In this document: positions 49,246-62,690 of the stretch, piece by piece | Numbering within the stretch: position 1 is the stretch's first letter | Layout: each line of letters starts with the position of its first letter | NCBI RefSeq assembly: GCF_028641065.1 | Contig: NW_026576614.1 | Location: 1 to 64,000 of the forward strand | Direction of reading: 5' to 3' | Length of the DNA: 64,000 bases | Origin: Leucoraja erinacea | Lineage: Eukaryota | Notes under the pieces: model-generated | What the model was told of the DNA's origin: nothing | The model's input: only the letters and a program-made list of their open reading frames with translations | Database searches by the model: none | Made by a program: the position numbers and the translations under genes

Positions 49246-52200
49246 CTATATCCTTCCGAACAAATTGGTTACCCTAAGAAAAAGCAATAGGATTTGATAG
49301 CACTTATTTGAACTCCCTTGCAAAATATCTACCAAATCAAATTGTACTCCTTCTTTTCTGAACTGCTCACTCATCCGTTCTCTCTCCTCCTCATACCTCT
49401 CACAATGTACAATGACATGCTCTATCGTTTCGTCTTGCCCACCGTATTCACATCTGCCTGTATTATGCTTGCCCATTACAAAAAGTGTACTGTTCAGACC
49501 AGTGTGTCCAAATCTAATTCTTGAAATCACTGTCTCCTCTTCTTTGTTCTTTCCTACACATCTCATCTCTCCCACTTTCCTCTGGACTCTATAGAACCAC
49601 CGTCCTTTCCGCTCTTCCTCCCATTGCTTTTGCCATCTTTCCTTCAGTCTTTGCTTAATAATGTCTTTGATTTCAGTTTTACCTATGTTAATACTTAAAT
49701 CAATCTTACTTCTTTTTGTTACCTCTTTTGCTACCTTATCTGCCATTTTGTTTCCTCTAATGCCAATGTGTGCTGGTACCCATAAAAATATGACTGTAAG
49801 CCCCATCATTTGAATTCTGAATAGTGTTTGTTGTATTTCTATCAAAATGTCTGGTCTACTGTCTGAATGACTGTGCTGTAAACTCTTTATTGCTAAACTT
49901 GAATCTGAACAAATAACTGTCCTTAAAGGCCTAGTATCCTCGACCCACTGTACTGCTAACAATATTGTAATCATTTCTCCTGTGTATACTGAGACCTCAT
50001 TATTGATCCTCTTCCCTACTTTGATGTGAAATTCTGGTACAATAAATGCTATTCCTACTTTATCTACTGAATCTTTTGATGCATCTGTATAAATTTGGAC
50101 AAAACTGTCAATGTATTCCTGTATGATGAATGAATTATACATATGCTGTTTATCCTTGTTTTTCTGTTCTAATATTGTAAAGTCTACTGTTGCATCTGGA
50201 AGTATCCAAGGTGGAATTGAAGGTAATGGAACCGTTGGAACCACATTTAATTGTGCTATGCTAATTTGTATTGCTCTCTGGGTCACTGTCCATCCAAAAC
50301 TTTTTGTTTCCCTTCTCTCCTTTTCCCAGCATGGTTTGACAGTAACTTGTGCTGGGTGTTCTTGACTGTGGCCCTGTAGGTTAATCCAGTAATTCAATGA
50401 AAGCTGTATCCTTCTCATCTCTAGAGGCATCTCCCCCATTTCAACCTGTAATGCTGCTGTTGGAGTTGTTTTTATTGCACCTGTACATATTCTTAATGCC
50501 CGATATTGAATGTTGTCTATTTTCTTAAGAGAAGTACTTGATGCGGACCCATACACCACACAACCATAATCTAACACAGATCTAATTAACCCAGTGTATA
50601 TAGCCTTCAAAGCTGTTCTATCTGCCCCCCAATCACATCCAACTAAACATCTCATTACATTAAGTATCTTCTTACATTTGTCCACTACTTTCTGAATATG
50701 AACCATCCATGTAATCCTCTCATCAAACCATAAACCTAAACATTTATAGTATTTTACTCTCTCCAATTCCTGGTTATATAATTTTAGTTTTTACCTCACT
50801 ACCAATTTTCTTCCTAGTAAAAAACATTATCTTTGTCTTTTCCACAGAAAATTTGAATCCCCATTTATATGACCACTCTTGTACCTTTATTATAGCCCTC
50901 TGTAGTTTCTGCACAATAAACTTCACATTTCTCCCCCTTTTCCAGATTGCCCCATCATCCGCAAACAGTGAAACTCCCATTTCATTTACAATTTCTTCAT
51001 ATACATCATTTATCATTACTAAAAATAGTAAAGGACTTATTATGCTCCCTTGAGGTGTTCCATTTTCAATATCTAATGTTCCTGAGTATTGATTTCCAAC
51101 TCGTACTTGTATTGACCTCCCAGATAAAAAATCCTTAATCCATTTAAATATACGACCTTTAATCCCCAATTTACCTAGTTTCACTAATAACCCTTCTCCC
51201 CACATCATATCATAGTCTTTCTCAATATCAAAAAATACAGCTGCTACACTTTCTCCGTTAATTTGTGCTCTCCTAATTTCATGTTCTAAACATATAGCTG
51301 GATCCATGGTGTTTCTCCCCTTCCTAAAACCACTCTGGTAATTGGATAAATATCCTTTATTTTCTACATAATATGTTAACCTTTAATTTACCATTTTTTC
51401 CATTACTTTACATATGTTGGATGTTAACGCAATAGGCCTATAATTCCCTGGGTTTGTCAGATCTTTACCTGGTTTTCCTATTGGGATTTCTACTGCCTCC
51501 TTCCAGCTTTGCGGTAATTTTCCACCCTCCCACACTTTATTATAAAATTCTAACAAAAAATCCTTGGATGTTTCACTGAGATGGTTTAACATGGTGTAAC
51601 AAATCTGATCTTTACCTGGTGCTGACATCTTGGTTTTTCTAAGAGCTCGGTTGAATTCTGTCTTTATGAATGGTTTGTTAAGAACATCGTTAGTGTCTTC
51701 CTCATGTCGTATTAACTGTATATTCTCTGCTATAGTATTTTCTTTTCCTTTTCTTCCTTCTTCACTAACATTGTCTGAACTGTGAATTTTAGCAAAAGAT
51801 TTTGCCAACATCTCTGCTTTCTCTTCATCTTTCACTGCTGTAATTTCACCGTCAGTTAGGATTGGATATTTGTATTCTCTTTTAATTCCTTTCATTCTCC
51901 TTATCATTCCCCAAACTTGACCTACTTTTGTCTCCCTTCCCACTGAGTTACAAAATGTCCTCCAAAATTCCCTCTTTGCATTTTTTATTACTCTTCTTAC
52001 ACTTGCTTGCAACCTTTTGTATTCAATAAGATTCTGAAAATTGTGATTTCTTTTCAAAATTTTAAAAGCTTTATTTCGACACTTAATTGCTTTGTCACGC
52101 TCCTTAGTCCACCATGGTACACTCTTCTTGTTGTGCTTACCTCCTTTCTTTTTAATGGACCGTTGCTGCCTCTAAAATGGCTTCACAAACAGAAATATTT

Positions 52201-52980
52201 AAATTATCCACATCTTCATAAATATCAATTTTCTCCATTTCTTGATCACTAATAATCTTAAACTTCTCCCAATCAGCACCACTAAAAGACCACTTCTGTA
52301 TTCTCTCTGTATTATACTCCTCTAAACTCACTCCTACTACTATTTCTATCGGGTAGTGGTCACTTCCTACCGTTGTTCTTCGAATTACTTCCCATGAACA
52401 AACACCCACCAATGAGTCTGACACTAGTGTGAGGTCTATGGCTGATTCTGACCCTGTTCTGATGTTGATTCGTGTCCCACTTCCATCATTAAGACACACA
52501 AGGTTTTTATTCTCCATTAAATCCTCAATCACCATCCCATTTTCATCATTAGAATCATCCCACAACGTGCTATGAGCATTAAAATCTCCACAACATATAA
52601 CTTTCCCCCCTAAATACCCAGCAAGTTCTTCCATCAACTCCATTGAAAGCCTTTTACACGGATTATAAACATTAACAATTTTAACCTTACCTTCTCTTGT
52701 CCAAATTTCAACCACTAAATATTCTAATTCTGTTCATTTCACCAACAATCTATAATGTATTCCTTGCCATAAATATTCCACCCCCACCCCCCCCACCACT
52801 CCCCTCCCCCCTATCTCTACGGATACTATCATAACCTTTGATGACAAAGTCTAATGAGGGCTTAAGCCAGGTTTCTTGAATACATATGGCTTCTGGTTTC
52901 TTCTTTAACTCTTTAATGAATCCTTTAAACTCTTGTCCATTTGCTATTATGCTCCTTGCGTTCCATTGGAATATAATCAA
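49246..52980 (-). pseudogene. Nimb-like ORF2 (APE endonuclease, RT, RNase H), several frameshifts
   Basis: QWNARS, IQETWL, GDFNAHS, SDHYPI; YRPIALTS, PQGSIISP, FADD; IYTDAS, WVPAHIGIRGNKMAD; C-terminal ETIEHVIVHC. Confidence 0.9.
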
Positions 52981-54282
52981 TTTGACCTATCACCAGAACC
53001 TTCCTGCCTTCCATCTGCTTCAAGCTTTTTATTGATACTCTCCCATGATACTTCTTTTAAACCCAAAAACTTCTCTGCTCCCTTAACAATGATTTTTATT
53101 TTTTCTGTTTTGTGTTTAACCTGATCAGTATAGTTGATTACATATGCAATGAAAACAATCAGCTTATCAGCTGTCAGTTCTGTGTGAGTTTTGACTGCTT
53201 GACTTTCCTCTGATCTCAAAAATGGATGATTCTCTCCCCCATTAATATCCACTCTTCCCCTTTGTCCTTGCACCTTCTTCACTGCCTCTGAGTAGCTTAT
53301 GTTACTTCCTGTTTTCACTTGCTGAATCTCCACCGCCCTCTTCCTGACTTCACATCCCCCATATACTGTTAGCCATGATCATTGAATGGCGGTGCCTGTG
53401 CTATTAATATCCACTCTTCCCCTTTGTCCTTTCACCTTCTTCACTGCCTCTGAGTCCATCCGCACTACGTTTGCACTTGCTGAATTCCTCCGCAATTGCC
53501 TGACTTTTATCCCCCATATTTTCTCTGCTGCACTCTTCAAATCTATGCTCTCCACCACACTTGACACACACGGCTGCTATATGTCCATACGTCTGGCATT
53601 TATAACATCGGAGCGGTGGAGGGATATAAGGCCTCACTGGAAAACTCATGCATCCGATTCTCACTTTTTCTGGTAGTTCAAACTGCTGAAACTCCAGAAG
53701 CACAGACAAGCTCTCTACCCTCTTACCCTCCCCTGTCCTTAACAATCTCTTAGCTACACTCACCTGGCCACCAAAAATACTCCTTTTGAGTTTCTCCAGG
53801 TCTTCATCTACAGGAATACCTGTCATTACTCCCCTTGTCACTCTACTCTCACCCAGAGTCTTTCTTTCACTCACCATCTTCTTGCAAACACTTTCAATCT
53901 TCAGAGCCTTATTTTTCTGCTCCTCCGTTTTACATATTATTAACAAGTTCCCGTCTCTCAAAATCTTAGCTGTTTCCACCTCTCCTACCTTCTTTAGCTC
54001 CCTGGATAAAGCTATCAGACTTAAATTGACATGCTCATCTTCCTTTCTGAATTTCAGTATTATTTTAACCTCTTTTCTTTCAACCTTTTTCCGAACCGTT
54101 CTCCTATCCTCCTCTGAACTGTTCCCTTCAAAACTCCTTTTGCTGCTTTGGCTGAGCTCGTTTTGCCTGACGACTCCTTCTCCTTGATTCCTCCCTGATC
54201 TCTGACTAGATACTGACGTCCAGTCACCAAAAGCCCCATCATCTTGGTCTTCGTCATCCTCTAATCCTACCTGAGTTGCCAT
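52977..54282 (-). pseudogene. Nimb-like ORF1 (gag-like), rearranged
   Basis: PVRPYIPPPLRCYKCQTYGHIAAVC, CVKCGGEH, SYSEAVKK; internal partial duplication near 53240-53455. Confidence 0.8.
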
Positions 54283-55739
54283 TTGATCCAGTCACAAACC
54301 AGTTTATGCCAACCGCCAACTCCTAGTCCCCCTCTCCCTTCAACACGGGAGCTCCACCCTCCACCAAGCCACCTCTGAGGCCTTCACAGAACAGCTGTAT
54401 TTATACTGAGATTTGACAACACACAAGTGGACTCTATTTACTAATTAGGTGACATCTGAAGTCAATTGGTTGCACTGGAATTTATTTAGGGGTATCAGAA
54501 TAAAGGGGGCTGAATACTTTTGCACGTCACACTTTTCAGTTTTTTATTTGTAAAAAAATTTGAAAACCATGTATCATTTCCCTTCCACTTCACAATTATG
54601 CGCCACTTTGTGTTGGTCTATCACATAAAATCCCAATAAAATACATTTACGTTTGTGGTTGTAACGTGACAAAATGTGGAAAAGTTCAAGGGGTATGAAT
54701 ACTTTTGCAAGCCACTGTATGCATTTTTGTTCTCTTACATGGGTATGACCGCACATAAAAAATAAAAACTAATTTCAGCAAAAGGGCACCGCGTAAAAAT
54801 ACTGATGTCCTCAGCAAAATACTGATTTTCAGGTACTAGGATACTGAAATGCTCTGACAAAACTTGGCAGCTATGAAGATATCACGATATCCACAACCTA
54901 CTAAAAAACACTTAAAATCCAGGAGCTAAGGCGGGCCCGTGGACCCCACCCATAATGGGCGAGTGCACTCAGAGTAAGATTTTTCATTTTCAAATGTTGG
55001 CAGGTATGGTAATGGCTTCACTTCAATAACTCGCACTCCTCCCTGTTGTTGCCTTTGGAGTCCCTGGGTTCACTATTCCTCCCTTTTCTTTATGCCAACC
55101 CTTTTGGATCTCATCGACAGTCCTGAGTGGAATTATCTTTAAACTGATCAACTTTGCTTACAATTGCTTCCACTTTCTGCTGAACAAACGGGGATTCATG
55201 GACTCGAAAGAGCCTTGGCTAAACCTGCCTTTTGTTGGCTTCGTGGCTTGATATGGTTTGTCCCCATTCAAGTGAGGCGCACACACACATGTGTTCTGCA
55301 CATGTTCTGCACTGAATAAATGTTAACAGTGCTGATAGATGTCGAATATTCAATGAAAAATGTCCATGCTGGAAGCAAGAGCTGTGCACAATACAAATAT
55401 ATTCTGTTGCATAAATTGTTCATTGCACTCTACAGATTCCCTGTGTACTGTAACGGTAACTTTCTACATTGCATGAAGATATGTTTAAATGGAATAAAGA
55501 TGTTCCCTGTGCATTTTGTCTCTTGGCAACACAATTATCACAATTTGTCTGTTGCATGCACCATCTGCTGGCCAATGTCGGTCAGTAAGAATAGATTGGC
55601 AAGTGATGTTCTCACCATGCTGTTCGCCTGTGTAGTCATTTGCTAGTAACTGTACTTACAGCCCCAGGTATCCCGGTTTAAATGAACTCTCCGGTGTCCA
55701 ACCTGTTTATGATTTGCATTTGTTTTTAAAATGCATTAC

Positions 55740-56270
55740 TTCCTCCTTAAGAGACAATGGCAGGACAAACTTGATCCCTTCGATGCACGGAGAATGTGGC
55801 AAGATCTGAATAACATAACTGGCTGCAAAGCAAGGTTATGCAACATCATTGGGTACGACCCTACCCGATGAGCTGAATGCTTTCTATGTGTTTCGAGCAG
55901 AAGGCCAGCAGCGGTGTGACACCTGGCTCTAAAGATGCAAGGGTGATTGTTGCAGAAGTTAGATAGGCCTTCCTGTAAATAAACGTGACATTGAGTTCTT
56001 GGCCATGCCCTAAGAAGCTGCACAGACCAGCTAATGGGAGTATTCACAGACACCTTCAGTCTCTCCTTACTCCAGTCTGAGGTACCCACACGCTGCAAGA
56101 ACACCACCATCATGCCAGTGCCGAAGAAAAACAAGACCCCATGCCTAAACGACTACCATCCAGTGACCCTGACAACCACCATCATGGAATGTTTTGTGAG
56201 GCTAGTTATGGAATGTATAAAATCAATTCTCCCAGTGGCCTTGACCCACTGCAGTTTGCATTGTCTTTCC
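55740..56270 (+). mobile_element. Rex1/Babar LINE fragment, degraded
   Basis: VFTDTFSLSLLQSEVP..PVPKK..CLNDYHPVTLT. Confidence 0.75.
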
Positions 56271-56647
56271 ACTCACCGGTTAGCATGCAATAAAATCCTT
56301 TCACTGTACCTATAGTTTGAAAACACGTGACACTGATCTCAGTTGAACCGTGATGTTTTGCAAATCATCTCGCTGCTGTGTCTCTCAGGCAAATTTCCTG
56401 GTGGAAGCTTGGTTTTAGTGGCAGGGGGATGGGAGCATGAGCAGAGAGAGAGAGGGGGGGGGGGGGGGTAAAAATGAGGATAGAAGCAATAGGTAGCAAG
56501 GTGCAAAGTAAAAGTGGCAGGCAGTCAAATCCAGGGCAAAAATCAAAAAGGGACACTTTTCAACATAATTGTATCAGGGGTAAAAGTGTTGTAAAAACAA
56601 GCCTGAAGGCTTTGTGTCTCAATGCAAGGAGCATTCGTAATAAGGTG

Positions 56648-56790
56648 TTTAAGAAGGAACTGCAGATGCTGGAAAATCGAAGGTACACAAAAATGCTGGA
56701 GAAACTCAGCGGGTGCAGCAGCATCTATGGAGCGAAGGAAATAGGCAACGTTTCGGGACAAAACCCTTCTTCAGACTGATGGGGGGTAAT
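56648..56790 (-). mobile_element. Solo Penelope-type terminal repeat with hammerhead core
   Basis: Minus strand CTGAAGA-AGGG-TTTTGT-CCC-GAAACGTT at 56747-56774; interrupts CR1 with TAAGGTG/TTAGGTG at the two flanks. Confidence 0.75.
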
Positions 56791-57230
56791 TAGGTGGATG
56801 AGTTGAATGTGCAGATAGTTATCAATGAATATGACATAGTTGGGATCACTTAGACATGGCTCCAGGGTGACCAAGGCTGGGAGCTGAACATCCAGGGATA
56901 TTCAATATTCAGGAGGGATAGACAGAAAGGAAAAAGAGGTGGGGTAGCGTTGTTGGTCAGAGAGGAGGTTAATGCAATAGAAAGAAGGACATTAGCTTGG
57001 AGGATGTGGAATCGATATGGATAGATCTGCGAAACTCTAAGGGGCAGAAAACACTAGTGGGAGTTGTGTACAGGCCACCTAACAGTAGTAGTGGACTTGG
57101 GGATGGCATCAAACAGGAAATTAGAAATGCGTGCAACAAAGGTAAAACAGTTATAATGGATGACTTCAATCTACATATAGATTGGGTGAATCAAATTGAC
57201 AGGGGTGCTGAGGAAGAGGATTTCTTGGAA

Positions 57231-58197
57231 GAAATGTGTGGAAGAAATGTGTCAGACTTGATAACAATCAGCACGGGAGCACCCCAAGGCTGCGTGTTCA
57301 GTCCCCTGCTGTACTCACTCTATACTCATGACTGCGTAGCCGGTCATAGTGCGAACTCCACCATCAAGTTCGCTGACGACACCACTGTTGTGGGACGCAT
57401 TACTGATGGGGATGAGTCCGAGTATTGAAGAGAGATCGAGCAACTGTCCATATGGTGCCAGCACAATAACCTGGCCCTCAACACCAACAAAACCAAGGAA
57501 CTAATTGTGGACTTTGGAAGGAGTAGGATGGGGACACACAGTCCCATTTATATCAATGGGTCGATGGTTGAAAGGGTCAAGAGCTTCAAATTCCTGGGCG
57601 TGCACATCTCTGAAGATCTTTCCTGGTCCGAGAACACTGATGCAATCATCAAGAAAGCACATCAGCACCTCTACTTCCTGAGAAGATTACGGAGAGTTGG
57701 TTTGTCAAGGAGGCCTCTCTCTAACTTCTACAGGTGCACAGGAGAGAGCATGCTGACCGGTTGCATCGTGGCCTGGTTCAGCAACTTGAGCGCCCTGGAG
57801 AGGAAGAGAATACAAAACGTAGTAAACACTGACCAGTCCATCATCGGCTCTGACCTTTCTTCCATCGAGGGGATTTATCGCAGCCGCTGCCTCAAAAAGG
57901 CTGGCAGTATCATCAAAGACCCACACCATCCTGGCCACACACTCATCTCCCTACTTCCTTTAGGTAGAAAGTACAGGAGCCTGAAGACTGCAATGACCAG
58001 GTTCAGGAATAGCTACTTCCCCACAGCCATCAGGCTATTAAACCTGGCTCAGAAAAATCTCCGAACATTAATAACCCATTTTCTGTTATTTGCACTTTAT
58101 CAGTTTATTTATTCATGTGTTTTGCAGTCAATGCCTACTATGTTCTGTTGTGCTGAAGCAAAGCATGACAATAAACTCACTTGAACTTGAACTTGAA
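57231..58197 (+). mobile_element. Rex1/Babar LINE 3' part with (CTTGAA)n tail
   Basis: TGAPQGCVFSPLLYSLYTHDC, KFADDTTVVG, FKFLGVHISEDLSW, RFRNSYFPTAIRLLN. Confidence 0.9.
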
Positions 58198-59009
58198 TGT
58201 ATGAGGGATAGTTTTCTAAACCGACATGTAGAGGAACCAGCAAGAGAGCAGGCTATTCTAGACTGGGTATTGAGTAATGCGGAAGGGTTAGTTAGTAATC
58301 TTGTTGTGCGTGGCCCCTTGGGCAACAGTGACCATAATATGGTTGAGTTCATCATTAGGATGGAGAGTGACATAGTTAATTCAGAAACAAGGGTTCTGAA
58401 CTTAAAGAAAGGTAACTTTGACGGTATGAGACGTGAATTGGCCAAGATAGACTGGCAATTGATTCCTAAAGGGTTGACGGTGGATATGCAATGGAAGGCT
58501 TTTAAAGACTGCATGGATTAACTACAACAATTGTTCATTCCAGTTTGGCAAAAAGAATAAATCAGGGAAGGTGGTGCATCCGTGGATAACAAGGGAAAAC
58601 AGGGATGGTATCAAAACAAAAGATGAAGCATACAAATTAGCCAGAAAAAGCAGCCTACCAGAGGACTGGGAGAAATTCAGAGGTCCAACAGAGGAGGACA
58701 AAGGGCCTAATTAGGAAAGGGAAAATAGATTATGAAAGAAAACTGGCAAGGAACATAAACACTGACTGCAAAAGCTTTTAAAGATATGTGAAGAGAAAAA
58801 GCTTAGTTAAAACAAATGTAGGTCCCTTGCAGTCAGAAACGGGTGAATTGACCATGGGGAACAAGGACATGGCAGACCAATTGAATAACTACTTTGATTC
58901 TATCTGCACTAAGGAAGACATAAATAATCTGCCGGAAATAGCAGGGGACCGGGGGTCAAATGAGATGGAGCAACTGAGTGAAATCCAGGTTAGTCGGGAA
59001 GTGGTGTTA

Positions 59010-59715
59010 AGTCTCCAAGTCTCTTCCTGGCGGGGACGCGACTATTTCTCCGAGTCGCGTCCTCGCCCCCCCACCTCACGGCCTACCGGCTGGATCGGAG
59101 CGGCCTTTCCTGCCGGGGACCGGGATCCGGACCAGGGCTGCTACAGCGGCGGCGCAGCGCTGGAGTCAACGCGGAGCGGGCGATGCCTACCTGGGTCGCC
59201 GTTTGGACCTCCGGAGCGTTGGGCTGTTGCTCCAACATCGTGGAGCTCTGGTGCGGAGAGCTTCCAACGCGGGCGGCGCTGAACGGCATCGTGGAGTCCT
59301 GGGGCCTACAGCAGCAGTCTCCACCCGGCGCGGCCTGCGGACTTTGGAAGCCGCCAACTCCGGTAGGAGGGGGCCGACTCTGGTGTCCCCGCCGCTGAGG
59401 ACGTCCCGCAGCCCCGACATCGGACTGGTATCATCCCGGCGAGCGGTCCTGGACATCGGGCCGCCCGTAGCTGCAACTGCGAAGGGCTTGGGGAGACCCT
59501 GACCACGGGGAACAGTGGAGGAAGAAGACTGACTTTGGTGCCTCCCCACACAGTGGGAAACTTTGGTTCTGCTGTGTGGGGATGTTTTGTGTTGAATTCT
59601 ATAGTGTGTTGAGTCCTGTTTATTTTTATTGTATGGCTGTATGGGAATTCATTTCACTGTGCTATCTGGCACACGTGACAATTACATTTATCTTGTTTCT
59701 TGTATCTTGTATCTT
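59010..59715 (+). mobile_element. Non-autonomous retroposon with GC-rich body and (TATCTTG)n tail
   Basis: Flanked by GTGTTA at 59004-59009 and 59716-59721; removing it restores the CR1 sequence. Confidence 0.7.
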
Positions 59716-60559
59716 GTGTTAGGTAAATTGAATGGATTAAAGTCCGATAAATCCGGAGGGCCAGATAGGCTGCATCCCAGACTACTTGAGGAAGTAGCCC
59801 CAGAAATAGTGGATGCATTAGTGATAATTTTTCAAAACTCTTTAGATTCTGGAGTAGTTCCTGAGGATTGGAGGGTAGCTAATGTAACTCCACTTTTTAA
59901 AAAGGGAGGGAGAGAGAAAACGGGGAATTAGAGACCAGTTAGCCTAACATCTGTAGTTTGGAAAATGCTAGTTATTAAAGATGGGATAGCAGCACATTTG
60001 GAAAATTGTGAAATCATTGGACAAAGTCAGCATGGATTTATGAAAGGTAAATCATGTCTGACGAATCTTATAGAATTTTTCGAGGATGTAACTAGTAGAG
60101 TGGATAAGGGAGAACCAGTGGATGTATTTAATCTAGACTTTCAGAAGGCTTTCGACAAGGTCCCACATAAGGGATTAGTATGCAAACTTAAAGCACACGG
60201 TATTGGATGTTCAGTATTGATGTGGATAGAGAACTGACTGGCAGACAGGATGCAAAGAGTCGGAGTAAATGGGTCCTTTTCAGAATGGCAGGCAGTGACT
60301 AGTGGGGAGCCGCAAGGCTCTGCTGGGACCCCAGCTATTTACAATATATACTAGACCAAGTGCAGACCCGTTGGGTCTGTTCCCCCAACGTGCAGTAGTG
60401 GGGAGGAGGTGGCATGCAGCGTCACTAACTAACCCCCCCCCCCCGCACTCACGCTAATTACCCCCCTTGATTTTATATTAATATTATTAATTTGCTCCTT
60501 TTACCCCATAACCACCCTATCTACTGACGCATAGCCCCCAACTTGCAGTCACATCTAGA

Positions 60560-62524
60560 AAGGGGGTGGGGCGGGGATAGAGAGTGAGGGCAGAGAGAGA
60601 AGGGGCAAAGACAGAGAGAGAGAGATAGAAACACAGAGAGAGAGGGGAAAGAGGGAGAGGGGTTGGAGAGGAGGAAGTAGAGGAAGGGTGGGTGAGGGGG
60701 GAAAGGTTGGGGGGGAGAGGAGAGAGAGAGGGTGGAGAGAGTGAGGGGGGGGGAGAGAGAGGGGTGCTGAGAGGGGGGGAAGGGGAGAGGTGGGAAGCAG
60801 AGAGGGGGAGGGAGGGGGGAGGTTGTTGGGGAAGAGGGTAGGGGTGTGGGGGGGGGGGGGTTTATGAGAGGGAGGGAGGGTGGTGGAGGGGGGGTGGGGA
60901 GGAGGGGAGAGAGAGCAGGGGGGGAGAGAGGGGGGGGGGGAGGACAGGGGGAGGAGAGAGGGGAGGGTGAGAGGTGGGGGAGCAGGGAGGGGGGTGGAGG
61001 AAAGAGGGTAGGGGTGTGGAGGGGAGGGGGTTTAGGGGAGGGAGGGTGGGGAGGGGATGGAGGGGATGGAGTGGAGGAGGGGGAGAGAGGAGAGAGGTGG
61101 AGAGAGGAGAGGGGGGGAGGAGAAAGGGGGGAGAGAGAGGAGGAGAGAAGGAGGGGGAGAGAGGGGGTGAGATGGGGGAGGGGGGGAGAGAGGGGGGAGG
61201 GGGAGAGAGAGGTTGTGCTGAGAGGGGGTGAGGTGAGGGGAGGGGAGGGGGGAGAGGTGGGGAGCAGAAAAGGGGAGGGAGGGTAGAGGGAGGGTGGAGG
61301 GAAGGGGGAAGGGGGGGTGGTGGGGGGAGGGGGGTTTAGGGGATGGGCAGTGGGGGAGAATATGGAGGGGAGGAGGGGGGAGAGAGGGGGGGGGGGGGGG
61401 AGGGGGAGAGGAGAGGAGGGAGAGGGGAGGGAGGGGGATAGAGGAGAGGGGGGGAGAGGAGAGGGGGGGGGAGAGGAGAGGGGGCGAGAGGAGAGGGGGG
61501 CGAGAGGAGAAGGGGGCTGGAGAGGAGAGGGGGCGGAGGGGGGGGGGAGGGGGGAGGGGAGAGGGGGGGGAGAGAGAGGGGAGGGGGTGGGGAGGGAGGG
61601 GGAGGAGGGGAGAGAGGGGGAGAGGGAGGAGGAGAGGGAGAGGGGGGAGGAGGAGGAGAGGGGAGGAGGAGAGAGGATGAGGGGGGGGGAGATGGGAGGA
61701 GAGAGGGGGGAGAGGGGAGGGGGAGGGGGGAGGAGGAGTGGGAGGGGGGGAGAGGAGAGGGGGGAGAGAGGGGGGAGGGGGGGAGGAGAGGAGGAGGGGA
61801 GAGGGGTAGGGGGGGGGGAGGGGGGGAGAGGGGGGAGAGGAGAGGGGGGAGGAGAGGGGGGAGAGAGGGTGTGTGTGCTGAGAGGGGAGTGAGGAGGAGG
61901 GGAGAGGGGAGAGGGGGGAGCAGGGAGGGTGGAAGGTAGGGGGGGGTAGTGGTGTGTGGAGGGGAGGGGGATTTAGGGGAGTAATGGTGGGGGAGGGGTT
62001 GGAGGTGAGGAGGGGGAGAGGAGAGGGGGGAGAGAGAGAGAGGGGGGGGGGGGGGGGGGGAGGGAGGAGGGAGGAGAGGAGGGGGAGAGGAGAGGGGTGG
62101 AGAGGGGGGGAAAGGAGAGGGGGCGAAGTGGAGAGGGGGGAGGGGGGGGAGAGGAGGGGGGAGAGGGAAAGGGGAGAGGAGAGGGGGGAGAGGAGAGGAG
62201 AGGAGGGGGGAGGGGGAGATGAGGGGGATAGGTAGAGGAGAGGAGATAGAGAGAGGGGAGAGGGAGAGGAGGGGGAAGGAGGGGAGGGGGGGGAGAGGAG
62301 AGGGGAGAGGAGAGGAGAGGGGAGTGGGGAGAGGAGAGGGGGGAGGAGGGGGGGAGAGGGGGAGAGGGGAGGAGAGAGGAGGAGAGGAGAGAGGAGAGGA
62401 GAAGCGGAGAGGAGAGGAGAAGAGTGGAGAGGAGAGGGTAGGAGAGGAGAGGAGAGGAGAGAGGGAGGGAGAGAGAGAAAGAGAAAGAGGAGAGAGAGGA
62501 GAGGGGGGTGAGGAGAGGGAGAGA
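60560..62524. repeat. ~2 kb G/A-rich polypurine tract
   Basis: Low-complexity G-run sequence; source of the spurious Gly/Glu/Arg and Pro/Ser/Leu ORFs. Confidence 0.95.
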
Positions 62525-62690
62525 NNNNNNNNNNNNNNNNNNNNNNNNNNNNNNNNNNNNNNNNNNNNNNNNNNNNNNNNNNNNNNNNNNNNNNNNNNNN
62601 NNNNNNNNNNNNNNNNNNNNNNNNNNNNNNNNNNNNNNNNNNNNNNNNNNNNNNNNNNNNNNNNNNNNNNNNNNNNNNNNNNNNNNNNNN
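62525..62690. other. Assembly gap (N run)
   Basis: 166 N bases. Confidence 1.

Larger units (their letters stand above)
49129..54370 (-). mobile_element. Full-length I-group (Nimb-like) non-LTR retrotransposon with RNase H, inserted in the Tc1 5'UTR
   Basis: 13-bp TSD ACCTCTGAGGCCT (49116-49128 and 54371-54383); (GAA)n tail; ORF1 with zinc knuckle; ORF2 APE-RT-RNase H. Confidence 0.92.
47886..54717 (-). mobile_element. Tc1/mariner DNA transposon, Passport-like IR-DR type
   Basis: ~213-nt terminal inverted repeat 54505-54717 ending CCACTG|TA, with GCAAAAGTATTCA direct repeats; opposite TIR 47886-48057 lacks its outer ~43 nt. Confidence 0.92.

Noticed and set aside
55712-55719. Perfect octamer ATTTGCAT
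   Set aside because: No leader or V exon nearby; followed by Rex1 debris; an 8-mer is expected by chance in 64 kb
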